Assembly: GCF_006345805.1 (NCBI RefSeq)
Contig: NC_043000.1
Location: forward strand, 11,842,001 to 11,906,000
Source of the DNA: Octopus sinensis
Lineage: Eukaryota
Direction of reading: 5' to 3'
Length of the DNA: 64,000 nt
The translations under genes and the position numbers were made by a program. Under the pieces are notes generated by a model, which saw only the letters and a program-made list of their open reading frames with translations, had not been told where the DNA came from and searched no databases. Below are positions 1-12,860 of this stretch, in pieces; position 1 is the stretch's first letter; each line of letters opens with the position of its first letter.

Positions 1-358
1 TATGTGTACGGACACCAAAAAGACGTCGAACACATAGAGAGACGAAACACATAGACACAAACCAAGGAACAAGACAAGCAAAAAAAAGAGAGATACAGGA
101 CAATAAGCACAACGAAAAATCCCTTCTTCAGTCGCTAAGGTTTCATCTACTAAACGTTTCGAAGGATAAAAGCGAGACGTATACTTCGAAGAAACTTCCT
201 TCCGCGAAAAGCAAATCAATTAAAATTCTGAGATCTTTTCGCAGAGGGGTAAAAAAAAAAAAAAAAGGCAAGACGGTAACGACAGTACAAACATATAAAC
301 AGTAAAAAATATATAATATAAACAGTGGAAATAAAATATATTATATATATATATAAAT

Positions 359-479
359 GTGGCAAGTAACTTCTACTATAGCCTTGGCCGACCAAAGCCT
401 TGTGGATGGATTTGGTAGACGAAAACTGAAAGAAGCCCATATATATATATATATGGGTTTCTTATATATATATACATAC

Positions 480-521
<42 letters not shown>

Positions 522-950
522 CTAGCGGTGTTTCGTCTGTCTTTATGTTTTGAGTTCAAATTCCGCCGAGGTTGACTTTGCCTTTCGTCCTTTCGGGGTC
601 GATAAATTAAGTACCAGCTACGCACTGAGGTCGATGTAATCGACTTAATCCCTGTGTCTGTCCTTGTTTGTCCCCCCCTCTATGTTTAGCCCCTTGTGGG
701 CAATAAAGAAACATATGCGCGCGCGCGCGAGTGTTTGTTCGTGTGTGTGTGTGTGTCTTTGTATCTCTGCTTTGTCCCGCCACCGACAGCCGGTGATAGA
801 GTGTTTACGTCCCCGTAACTTAAAGAGATGATAGAATAGATACTAGGCTTAAAGATAAGTACTGAGGGCGTTTCGTTTGACTAAATTTCCTCAAGGCGGT
901 GCCCTAGCATGGCTGCAGTCTAATGACTGAAACAAGTAAAAGAGTAAAGA
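359..950 (+). mobile_element. SINE family A (tRNA head/CORE-like), interrupted by a family B SINE in its central (TA)n(TG)n tract
   Basis: CORE-like GGCAAGT..CTTCTACTATAGCC block and the 3' body ending GACTGAAACAAGTAAAAGAG, shared with more than 20 other copies in the window. Confidence 0.85.
521..712 (+). mobile_element. SINE family B (5'-truncated), nested in family A
   Basis: B-box-like GAGTTCAAATTCC followed by the conserved CCTTTC(A/G)TCCTTTCGGGGTCGATAAA block; same family as 18264, 46783, 52968 and 55737. Confidence 0.85.
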
Positions 951-1367
951 GTATATGTATGTGTGTATGTATATAAATTCATATATATACTTATATATGA
1001 TTATATATACTTATGTATGATTATATATATCTGTGTATACATGCGCGTGCGCAAACGCGTGCACTCACACACACACTCACATATATATATATATGTAAAG
1101 AGAGAACACCAATGACGTTTAAACTGACACATGTTGATGTACCGAGGATATACTGAATCCTTATAACTGACGGCTTTATTTATATCTGCTCAGTGTTGCC
1201 TCACTTCAGTATTTCCCATTGATAACGGCTAAAGAGCTAGAAATGCTGTGTCTGGGAATCCAACGGGAGGCAGCACATTTTACACATTTTACCATAAGAG
1301 AGAATTTTTGCTCCTTGGTAACTGCAGTAAATTTGCCTTTAGAAGCTGAAATGTCAAACATTTTTTG

Positions 1368-1423
1368 TAACTAACCTAAAATTCGTATATATATAAATAT
1401 ATATACGAATTTTAGGTTAGTTA
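1368..1423. repeat. Perfect palindrome, 27-bp arms, 2-nt loop
   Basis: TAACTAACCTAAAATTCGTATATATAT-AA-ATATATATACGAATTTTAGGTTAGTTA. Confidence 0.95.
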
Positions 1424-1649
1424 GAAAGGAAAATGGAGGAAAAATAACAATATGAATTGTGTCATTTGCGCTAGGATGTCATTATTTAATTAGTTAAGAA
1501 AGGTGAGGGTAAATTACCTGCTGCTGTATACCTTTTACCAAGGAATATACCTACTGAGCTAATTACCAGGAGTGCCTTTGAATATATCTATCCCTTAGAG
1601 GCTTTAAACACCTGTAACTTATTCATATATATGTATGTATATATTATAT

Positions 1650-1707
<58 letters not shown>

Positions 1708-1948
1708 TATGTATGTATGTATGTATGTATGTATGGGGAGAATTCACGAAAAAAAACAGATGAAGGCAGGTGGTGTAGAAAACAGATGTATAGTATAACG
1801 CTCGGGATTGAAAAAGTGTTTAACATTTCGAGCCTTCGCTCTTTCACAGAAAGGAACAGAAAGAAACAAGGAAGGAAATAAATGTGTGTAGTGGCTACCG
1901 ATCTATCATGGCGAATCATGTATGTATGTATGTATATAGATGTGTGTG

Positions 1949-1980
<32 letters not shown>

Positions 1981-2568
1981 TGTATGTATGTATGTATGTA
2001 TGTATGTATGTATGTATGTATGCATGTATGTATGTATGTGTAATCCCTACACATTTTTTTCTCTCTCCGTTTCTTTTTCGTTCTCTCCATTTTTTTTTTC
2101 AAGCGAAGGCTTGAACAATCAAAGACTTCTATTCTTCCCGAATATCAAACTACTACCCCAGCTTGTTGTTCCTTCACCTTTCTGCGTTTTTTTTTTGCTG
2201 ACTGTAGATTTGAACTATACACACACACACACACACACACACACATTCATTCATTCACCCTTTCATTCTTTTACTGGCTTCAGTAATTAGACTGCGTCCT
2301 TATAGCGAAAAAGGCCTTCGAGAAATTGTCGCTTAAACCGTATACAAATGACTCGAATTGTACGAGATTTTCAATTCGAAAAGAATCTTAACCAAAGATT
2401 ATCATAAGTCTGATGACTTCCCAGCACAATGTACGACGATGACGTTGCAAATGTGCATGTTGTGACCCGTGAAAATTGTCGTCTGATTGTCAGCAAATTT
2501 TCTATACATGTAGGTATTTGTTTAATGCTCATGCCATAAGATTTCAAAGGGAAACTTGACAAAGCAAG

Positions 2569-2950
2569 TATGGTTGTGCTGTTAAGAAGCTCGCTTTGCA
2601 ACTATGTGATTTGGGGTTTAATCTGCGTGGCACATTAGGCAAGTATTTTCTACTATAGCTTTTTGGGCCGACCAATGCCTTGTGAGCGGATTTGGTCAAT
2701 GGAAAATGTATGGAAGCTGCATATATATATATATGCATGTGTGTCTTTGTCCCTTCCCCATACCACTTGACAACCGGTGTTGGTTTATTTATATCCTCGT
2801 AACTTAGCAGTTCCGCAAAAGAGACCGATAGAATAAGAACTAGACTTAAAAATCAGTACTGGGGTCGCTTATTTCAACTAAACCTTTGAAGGCGGTGTCC
2901 CATGATGGGACATCGCATGACTGCGGTCCAATGACAGTAACAAGTGAAAG
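2569..2950 (+). mobile_element. SINE family A, diverged full-length copy
   Basis: Head, CORE-like block and 3' body colinear with the family consensus. Confidence 0.8.
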
Positions 2951-4388
2951 ATAGATGAATTGTGTTGCTACATAGCTTATATCACATCTGCTTACAAATG
3001 AACAAAATCTTTATCGATTCATTATCAGGAGCCGTTGGATTGTTTGAATGTCGAGGAAAACTTTAGGAATGGTGCCATAACCGTAGATGACATGCGGGTG
3101 TAGGGCTACGATGTCAAAACTCATACACAGTCGTTGCGATCAAGAGGATCACGTTTGAGTCGCCCGGATGTGGAAGTGATTTTGGTCGTAGTTTTTATTG
3201 GAGAGCGTCTCTCATGATAAATTTGTTTTACGTGGTCAGTCCCTCTTCGTTGAGAGTTTGAGCACGTGGAACAAACTTCTGAAGGGTTGTATGTGTGTGT
3301 GTGTGGTCTGTGTGCGCGTGTGTGTGTGTGTGTCAAATGATTTGAGTTTCATACCGTAGCGATCTTCAGGCAAGAACTATCTTCTTTCACTATTCGAGTT
3401 AGTTTTATATATATTGCAGCGGGTTCATTCTTTTGTCATCGTCTGTAGTTCTCATTGGCTGGTTTCTAATGCTGCTTTATTGAACCATTCCTATGTTTGC
3501 TATTTCATTTGTCAGTTCGTTAATTGCCCAACTTTGGATGTTTACTCTCCTTGCAGCTTGAACCAATTTTAAAAACAAATTCGTTCTAGTGTCTGCAACA
3601 TGAGATTAACTCAGTTCTTCTGTGGTACACATGTTGCATGGGCTGGAGCCATTTATGTAAAAGTTGACTTTGTTTATTATTGTACATTAGACCACTCTTA
3701 TTCCAACACTGCTATTTTGGCCTTATCTCAGCATTAGATCCAGGATATCCGTGATTAGAAAGATTGAGATACTGTAAATAACTTATCATTCTTCTTCTTC
3801 TTCTTCTTGGCCATGCTTGGGCACCACCTTGAACGATTTTTATCCGGCATAACTGACTCCAGTACTTAATGGGATTTTAAAAGTCTGGTGCTTATTCTAT
3901 CAGTCATTTTTGCCGAACCACTAAGCTACAGAAACATAAATGAACCAACACCAGTTGTCGAATGATATGGTTGGAAAGACAAACACAGATACAAAGACAA
4001 ACACACACATACACATGGCTGTGCACATACATATATATACATACATACATTTATACATACATCTATATTGATATCATATTTTGACCCAAGGTCAGCAATT
4101 TTGGGGGAGGAAAAATTAAAAGATAAAAGACAGGATGGCCATAGCTGGAACAGCTTTTTTTACAGATTTGCACTATCAGTGCTGGCCTAAAACTAAACAA
4201 CAATACCATCAGTGTTACATTGACCCCAATGCTCAACTGGTACTTATTTTATAGACCCCAGAAGGATGAAAGGTAAAATCGACCTTGGCGGAATTTGAAC
4301 TCAGAACATACAAGTGGACAAAATTGCAATTTTACCAGCTTGCCACCTTACCGAGATGATTATATATCAATAGTAAATATGTGTGTGG

Positions 4389-4424
<36 letters not shown>

Positions 4425-4432
4425 GTAAAGTC

Positions 4433-4747
4433 ATGTGGCTTAGGAGTTAGAGTATTTGGCTTACGGTCGTAAGGTCGTGAGTTCAATTCTTGGCGAGGTG
4501 ATGTGTCCTTGAGCCAGTCAATTTATTTCGCATTGCTCTAGTCCTCTCTACAGGCAAAAATGAGTGGTACCTGTTATTCAAAGGGCCAGCTTTGTCATAT
4601 TCTGACTTGCTGAATCTCTCTGAGAACTACATTAAGGGTACACTTGTCTGTGGAGTGCTCAGCCACTTGCATGTTAATTTCACGAGCAGGCTGTTCCATT
4701 GATCAGACGAATTGGAACCATCATTGTCATAATTGATGGAGTGCCAG
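4433..4747 (+). mobile_element. SINE, E-type tRNA head + CORE-like middle + tail 1
   Basis: GTGGCTTAG..GAGTTCAATTC A/B boxes; the tail is shared with 44703-45094 and 59471-59853. Confidence 0.75.
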
Positions 4748-4812
4748 GCATATATATATAATATATATATATATATTATATATATATATATATATATAGT
4801 ATAGTATGTATG

Positions 4813-4872
<60 letters not shown>

Positions 4873-4977
4873 ATATTTCAACAATTGAGGGTAAAATTAA
4901 TTAATTATTAATCAATTTTACCAAGTATTCAGTATGTAAAGGGACCATTTAAGGCGAATTCAAATTATTACATTATA

Positions 4978-5341
4978 TAAAAGGGCTTAGTAAAATAAAT
5001 TACTTTGCCACATACTGAACTCATTAGAAATAGCAGCTAAAAAAATTTTTTTAACACTATTTCTAATACTTAAAGAAAATCTCTCTCATATAGTGTTTGC
5101 TCAAGTCGACTCACGAAGATATGGGGGTAAAGACATTAAAAAATCACAAATGCAAAGGTTATTTGAGAACGTACGTTTCTAGATTAGTCAAATCGACATT
5201 TCTTTCGTCAGCTCAGAACTCCTTGATTCGGATTTGGGAACACTGAAAGCGGGAGCATACCCTTTTGGCTTCTTATCACTTCTGGAGTTCTGCTCCAACT
5301 ACCAGTGCTATCAAATTCAAAATATTTTACTAAGCCCTTTT

Positions 5342-5342
<1 letters not shown>
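4978..5342. mobile_element. Small element bounded by perfect 20-bp inverted repeats
   Basis: TAAAAGGGCTTAGTAAAATA at 4978-4997 and its reverse complement at 5323-5342; lies between (TA)n runs. Confidence 0.55.
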
Positions 5343-5388
<46 letters not shown>

Positions 5389-5389
5389 C

Positions 5390-5845
5390 AAAAATCAAAC
5401 CAAATCAAAATAGATGAACATCAATGGAATTTGTATCTTTGTGGTACCAGTGCCCGGTGGCACATAAGAAAACCATCCGAATGTGGCCGTAGCCAGTACC
5501 CCAGCCGCATTGACTGGCCTCCGTGCTGTGGGCACGTAACAAACACCATCCGATCGTGGCCGTTCGCCAGCCTCGTCTGGCACCTGTGTCGGTGGCACAT
5601 AAAAAACACCTTCCGAGCGTGACCGTCTGCCAGCCTCGTCTGGCACCTGTGTCGGTGGCACATAAAATCACCCACTACACTCTCAGAGTGGTTGGCGTTA
5701 GGAAGGGCATCCAGCTGTAGAAACACTGCCAGATCTGACTGGCCTGGTGCAGCCTTCGGGCTCCCCAGACCCCAGTTGAACCGTCCAACCCATGCTAGCA
5801 TGGAAAGCGGACGTTAAACGATGATGATGATGATGATGATGATGA

Positions 5846-5848
<3 letters not shown>
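5390..5848 (+). mobile_element. Family C RTE-tailed retroelement (SINE or LINE 3' UTR) with internal ~60-bp repeats
   Basis: GGAAGGGCATCCAGCTGTAGAAAC block, CCATGCTAGCATGG palindrome, (GAT)n tail. Confidence 0.75.
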
Positions 5849-5880
<32 letters not shown>

Positions 5881-5881
5881 A

Positions 5882-6128
5882 GTGGAGGTGCGTGGCTTAG
5901 TGGTTAGGGTGTTGAACTCATGATCGTAAGGTGGTGGTTTCAATTCCTGCACCGGGCGATGCGTTGTGTTCTTGAGCAAAATATTTCATTTCACGTTGCT
6001 ACAGTTCACTCAGCTGGCAAAAATGAGTAATCCTGCGACAGACCAGCGTCCCGTCCAGGTGGGGAATTTCTACACCACTGAAACCGGGAAACTGGCCCTT
6101 ATGAGCCTGGCATGGCTCGGGAAGGAAC

Positions 6129-6132
<4 letters not shown>
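5882..6132 (+). mobile_element. SINE, E-type head + CORE-like middle + tail 2
   Basis: tRNA-like A/B boxes; an inverted copy lies at 20513-20762. Confidence 0.8.
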
Positions 6133-6187
<55 letters not shown>

Positions 6188-6469
6188 ATGGGCTCCACAC
6201 AGTTTCTATCCATCAAATTCACTCTAGGGCATTGGTTGGACTATCCAAGATGCTGCACAGTGGGACTGAACCCAAAGCTAGGTGGCTGCGAAGCAAGCTT
6301 CTTATCCACACAGCCAAGCCTCATCAGTTTTTTTTTTTTATATCAAAGATTACATTATTGAGCATATCCTTCTGTCTTAAAGCTTAAAAAGCATGATTTG
6401 AGTGAGTTTAGGCTACTATTTCTTGTAGATCATGCATCTATATAGAACTTTACTTGGTAGTTTATAGAG

Positions 6470-7220
6470 TGATGATAGTTGTGGTGGTGGTGGTGGTGGT
6501 GTTTTGTGGTAGTTAGTGATGTTGTTAGTATGATGGTAGTAGTAGTAGTAGTGTTGGTGGTAGTAGTAGTAGTAGTGGTGTTATAGTAGTGGTAGTTGTC
6601 TGATGGTAGTGACTGTGATGGTGGTTGTATTGGTGGTGGTTTAAGTGGTAGTGGTTGTGGAAGTGGTGTGAATAGTGGTAGTGGTGATGGTGGGAGTGGT
6701 GGCATTGGTGGTAGAAGTGAAGATGATAGTGGTGGTAGTAGTGGTGGTGGTGGTGATAGTGGCATGATGGTGGCGGAAGTTGTTGTAGTGGTCATGGTAG
6801 TGGTGATGGTGGCATAATTGTAGTGGTTGTAATAACAATGCTTGTAGTAGTAGTAGTAGTAGAAGTAGTAGTAGTGATGGCAGTGGTAGTGGTACAATGG
6901 TAGAGGTTGTGGCAGTGGTAGCAACGCAATAATGGTAACGGCGGTGGTGTTGCTGATGCAGTCATCAGGGTAGAGGAGAAACGAGGTCTACATAAAGCAA
7001 AAAGAGTGGTAAGGTAGGAATATTGATGCAGAAGTGGCTGGGACAGGAGTTGGAGGGGAAGGGGTTGGATGGTGGTGGTGGTGATGTGGGGGGAGATGGT
7101 GGCAATGATGGTGGTGGTGGCTGTGTAATAGTGGTAATAGTGGTAATAGTGGTAGTGATGGTGGTGGTGGTGGTGGTGGTGATGGAGGTGGTGGTGGTGG
7201 TGGTGTGGTGGTGGTGGTAG
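6470..7220. repeat. Cryptic (GTA/GGT/GAT)n trinucleotide tract
   Basis: Direct inspection. Confidence 0.9.
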
Positions 7221-8530
7221 TGGAGTGTGTGTACCACATACAGTCTCTCCCCCCCTCTCTCTCTCTCTCTCTTTCTCTCTATCGACAATGGAACAAATAG
7301 GCTTTTGTAAAAAATCAATCACAGACTGACAGGCAAACAGACAGGCCCACATACACACACATACACACACAGCGATACACAAACATACATACCATATACA
7401 CATATATACACACATATACTTGTACATCCCCTCAAACACACACACACATACACACATAATGTGAAAGAGAGAGAGAGAAAGAGAGAGACTAAGAGACAAT
7501 ATGACAAACACACACATACTCATACATACACATACACAGACAGGCAAGTACACACACATACTCAATGCACATGCATAGACGCATACATATACAAATACAC
7601 ATGCTCATACACACTCATATATATTCATACACACACACACACACTCACACACTCAGAATGAAAGAGACTAAACAGACTTACAGACAGAAAGACAGGCAGC
7701 CGGTCAGAGATAACAGACAGACAGATATTCAATGTGACAGATTGAAGAGAGACAAACAGACAGACAAACAAAAAAAAAAAGAGAAGAAGAAAGAGAAAAT
7801 GAAGGCAGAAAGGCATACAGAGGCAGATAACCAACAGACAGACAGGCCAACAGATATACAAATAGATATACAAACAGATATCAGCGGTGGTGGCCCAGCA
7901 TGGCCGCGGCCTTCGGGCTAAAACGTTTTTAAGGATTTAAGGATTTAAGACATAGACTGGCATTCAGTTAGAAAAGGGGTTCACATATGTAATGCAATGA
8001 ATTGAAAGACGTTGATCCATAGGGATTATCTAAACAATTAGTAGCCTAAAACTCCCTAAAGAGATATTCAAAAAATTTCAAAAGAACAAGCAAGGGGCAT
8101 AACACCAATGAAATCACGATCCAAATTGGTATGTTTCTGCCTTATTAGAACTCCTCTGCAAAGTAGATTCTGCTTCTTTTGGCAAGACTAAGAGAGATCA
8201 ATGTTCTTTTATGTTTTATTTCCAGTCATTGGATTGTGGCCATGCTGGGGCACTGCCTTGTAGGGTTTAGTACATATTTCTTTTTTTAAGTTGGGTAATT
8301 GTTCTACTGGTCTCTCTTGCCCTGCCACTAAGTTACAGGGACAAAAACCAACCAACACCAGTTGCTGCACAGGGTGGAGGGAGGGACAAACACAAACACA
8401 CACATTCACTGACACACACACACACACACACACACACATGCACATACACACACACAAGCCCAAACAAAAATACTCAAATACGGAACTCACACATTCATAC
8501 AAGCATATATATATATATTTATATATACAA

Positions 8531-8561
<31 letters not shown>

Positions 8562-8563
<2 letters not shown>

Positions 8564-8966
8564 CTCTTTTACTCTTTTACTTGTTTCAGTCATTTGACTG
8601 CGGCTATGCTGGAGCACCGCCTTTAGTCGACCAAATCGACCCCAGGACTTATTCTTTGTAAGCCCAGTACTATTTTCTATCGGTCTCTTTTGCTGAACTG
8701 CTAAGTGACGGGGATGTAAAACACACCAGCATTGGTTGTCAAGCAATGTAGGGGGACAAACACAGAACACACACAAATACACACACACCACACAAATATA
8801 TTAAATATATATTATACATTATATACGACAGGCTTCGTTCTAACAAAATCCACTCACAAGGCATTGGTTGGCCCGGGGCTATAGCAGAAGACACTTGCCC
8901 AAGCTGCCACGCAGTGGGACTGAACCCGGACACCATGTGGCTGGTTAGCAAGCTACTTACCACACA
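8562..8966 (-). mobile_element. SINE family A, full length
   Basis: Reverse complement of the family consensus. Confidence 0.9.
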
Positions 8967-8975
8967 TATACATAT

Positions 8976-9010
<35 letters not shown>

Positions 9011-9011
<1 letters not shown>

Positions 9012-9107
9012 GGAATGGCTGTGTGGTAAGTAGCTTGCTTACCAACCACATGGTTCCAGGTTCAGTCCCACTGCATGGCACCTTGGGCAAGTGTCTTCTA
9101 CTATAAC

Positions 9108-9151
<44 letters not shown>

Positions 9152-9363
9152 TTGAGTGTCTCTGTATGTCTCCCTCCCCCTCCCGGCATCGCTTGACAAC
9201 CAATGCTGGTGTGTTTACATCCCCGTAACTTAGCAGTTCGGCAAAAGAGAACCAATAGAATAAGTACTAGGTTTACAAAGAATAAGTCCCGGGGTCGATT
9301 TGCTCGACTAAAGGCAGTGCTCCAACATGACTGCAGTCAAATGACTGAAACAAATAAAAAGAT

Positions 9364-9364
<1 letters not shown>
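9011..9364 (+). mobile_element. SINE family A, full length
   Basis: GGAATGGCTGTGTGGTAAG head, GGTTCAGTCCC B box, CCTTGGGCAAG CORE-like block. Confidence 0.9.
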
Positions 9365-9409
<45 letters not shown>

Positions 9410-9410
<1 letters not shown>

Positions 9411-9829
9411 CTCTTTTACTCTTTTACTCTTTTACTTGTTTCAGTCATTGACTGCGGCCATGCTGGAGCACCGCCTTTACTCGAGCAAATCAACCCCGGG
9501 ACTTATTCTTTGTAAGCCCAGTACTTATTCTATCGGTCTCTTTTGCCGAACCGCTAAGTGACGGGGACGTAAACACACCAGCACGGTTGTCTTGTGAAGC
9601 GTGCTAGGGGGACAAACACACACATACAAACATATACGCACAATACTTATATAATATACATATATACGACAGGCTTCTTTCAGTTTCCGTCTACCAAATC
9701 CACTCACAAGGCATTGGTTGGCCGGGGCTATAGCAGAAGACACTTGCCCAAGATGCCACGCAGTGGGACTGAACCCGGAACTATGTGGTTGGTTAGCAAG
9801 CTACTTACCACACAGCCACTCCTGCGCCT
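9410..9829 (-). mobile_element. SINE family A, full length
   Basis: Reverse complement of the family consensus, 5' end AGGCGCAGGAGTGGCTG. Confidence 0.9.
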
Positions 9830-10403
9830 ATATATTCATTTTGCAAAATTCCTGATGTGAAATCATGTGTTGAAATACACAAACAGCAGACTTCCACATT
9901 GTTTCCATCTACCAAATTCATTCACAAGGCATTGGTCAACCCTGGGCTATAATATTAGACACTTGCCCAAGATGCCATGTGACGGGACTGAACCTAAAAC
10001 CACATGGTTGCCAAGTGAGCTTTTTAACCATTCAGCCATATCTAATTATGAATATTATGAACTTATTTAGGACCAGTTCTGTTCCAATCTCCATTGTCTA
10101 TATTATTCAAAAATTTCCAACGAATCATACTTTGGTTACCTCCCTTAGTTACTATTTTCTTAGATTGCAAACTCCCCTAGAGGAAGTTTTCGTCTGTTAA
10201 TTGTTTAGATAATCTCCATTGATCGAATTTTTTTTTTTTTTCTCAGCTCATTTCGTTACAAATATGAGACTCTCCCTCATGTGTAATTTGCTTACAGAAC
10301 GCTCCCCCGAGGTATTTTTTTTCTCCCCTCAGCCATATTGTTGGCACACAGAGAAAAACACAGACAAACAGACAAACAGACAAACATCAGGTCAGAAAAA
10401 GAC

Positions 10404-10435
<32 letters not shown>

Positions 10436-10589
10436 GGAGGGTTGGAGAAAGCAGGAAAGAGAGAGAGAAAAAGAGAGAAAGAGGGAGAGTTAGAGAAAGC
10501 AGGAAAGAGAGAGAGAGAGAAAGAGAGAGTTATGGTTGGTGACACACAAACACTTAGGTAGACATAGATCAGTGTACTAGTTAGGTACA

Positions 10590-11599
10590 TTCCTGCCTAT
10601 AGGAAGGGAGGGTGTGGTACCAGATTTCAGGCTGGAACCACAAGACTGTCACCCACCCACCCACCCACTCACTCACCCTCTTTAGCTGTACCGTACCACC
10701 CCTCACTGGCACTTACACACCACATCCACATCCAACCACACCAGTATCAGCAGACATACATACACACACACACATACACACGTGCACACACACACACGTG
10801 CACACACGCAGGCATGCACACATTCACTGACATACACATACACACGCACATTCACTAACACACATACACACATTCACTGACACACACACACAATTACTGA
10901 TACACAAACACACTCACACACGAGCACACACACACATGCATGCACACATTCACTGACACACACATACACACGCACATTCACTGACACACACACACACATT
11001 CACTGATACATACACACACACACACACATTCACTGATACATACACACACACACACATTCACTGATACATACACACACATTCACTGATACATACACACACA
11101 CACACACATTCACTAATACATACACACACACACATGCACACATTCACTGACACACACAATTACTGATACACAAACACACACACACACATACACACGTGCA
11201 CACACACATTCATGGAAACATTCACTGATATACACACATACACACACACAAGCCCAAACGAAAATACTCAAATACGAAACTCACACATTCATACAAACAC
11301 ATAAATTCAAACACGCTCACACACACGCACACACACACACACACGCACACACATGTGCATGGACTCATACACAGAAATATTCTCAAATACAGAGATACAT
11401 TCATACATACACATACACATTCAGCCGCAAGCACAATCTGTCTCACACACATACACTCATATGTTATATACACACATCTACAGTCAGCCAGGCAGCCATA
11501 TATGTACAAATATCAGCCTATCTGTCTCCCCTCCGATTCCTCCCCCTCTCCCTCCCTCGCATGCACACAGTACAAACTCTTTATCTTTCTCTCTCTCCC

Positions 11600-11650
<51 letters not shown>

Positions 11651-11781
11651 GTCTGTCTATCTATCTATCTATCTATCTATCCATCTATCTATCTATCCAT
11701 CTATCTATCTATCTATCTATCTATCCATCTATCCATCTATCTATCTATCTATGTATCTATGTATCTATGTATCTATCTATG

Positions 11782-11818
<37 letters not shown>

Positions 11819-11823
11819 GTCTA

Positions 11824-11857
<34 letters not shown>

Positions 11858-11901
11858 CATCTATCTATCTATCCATCTATCCATCTATCTATCTATCTAT
11901 G

Positions 11902-11953
<52 letters not shown>

Positions 11954-11964
11954 CAGCTCTCTCA

Positions 11965-12010
<46 letters not shown>
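10590..12010. repeat. (CA)n-derived and (TCTA)n microsatellite block
   Basis: Includes repeated ACACATTCACTGATACAT variants and a ~370-bp TCTA/TCCA/TGTA run. Confidence 0.9.
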
Positions 12011-12012
<2 letters not shown>

Positions 12013-12132
12013 ATAATCCTCTCTCCCACTTTCTTTCTTTGCACAACTTATCCTCTCTTTCTTCCCTAACCAACTTTTCTGGCAGACAAACAGACAGATC
12101 CATGCAGGCTGAGACAGGTAGACCGATAGAAA

Positions 12133-12173
<41 letters not shown>

Positions 12174-12278
12174 TGTGTGTGCACAGGATTCACTTTGGGC
12201 AACTTCCTTCAACTATTCAGTTGGGTTGACCAAAACCAAAGCACTGAAATAGAATTTGGAAGACAAACTAAGTTCAAA

Positions 12279-12860
12279 GGCGCAGGAATGGCTGTGTGGT
12301 AAGTAGTTTGCTTACCAACCACAATGGTTCCAGGTTCAGTCCCACTGCATAGCACCCTGGTCAAGTGTCTTCTACTATAGCCTCAGGCCAACCAAACCCT
12401 TGTGAGTGGATTTGGTAGACGGAAACTGAAAGAGGCCCGTTATATATATATATATATATACTCTTTACTCTTTTACTTGTTTCAGTCATTTGACTGTGGC
12501 CATGCTGGAACACCACCTTTCAGTTGAGCAAATCGACCCCAAGACTTATTCTTTGTCAGCCTAGTACTTATTCTATCGGTCTCTTTTGCCGAACCGCTAA
12601 GTTACAGGGACGTAAACACACTAGCATCGGTTGTCAAGCGATATTGGGGGGACAAACACAGACACACAAACATATACACATACAGATATATATATATACG
12701 ACGGGCTTCTTTCAGTTTTCGTCTACCAAATCCACTCACAAGGCTTTGGTCGGCCCAAGGCTATAGTAGAAGACACTTGCCCAAGGTGCCATGCAGTGGG
12801 ACTGAACCCGGAACCATGTGGTTCGTAAGCAAGCTTCTTACCACACAGCCACTCCTATGC
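12279..12860. mobile_element. Family A 5' half (+) abutting a full family A copy (-)
   Basis: Head at 12279-12440; inverted full copy at 12461-12860. Confidence 0.85.

Noticed and set aside
2290-3290. CpG-retaining unique stretches with exon-like AG/GT boundaries
   Set aside because: No recognisable protein in any frame; could be old TE debris.
5195-5211. CTGACGA-AA-GAAA-TGTC hammerhead-like core on the minus strand
   Set aside because: No stem II and no stem I pairing.
5882-5955. tRNA gene calls at SINE heads (also 9011, 44703-45094, 59471)
   Set aside because: The tRNA-like A/B boxes run directly into repeat bodies with TSDs, so these are SINE heads, not tRNA genes.
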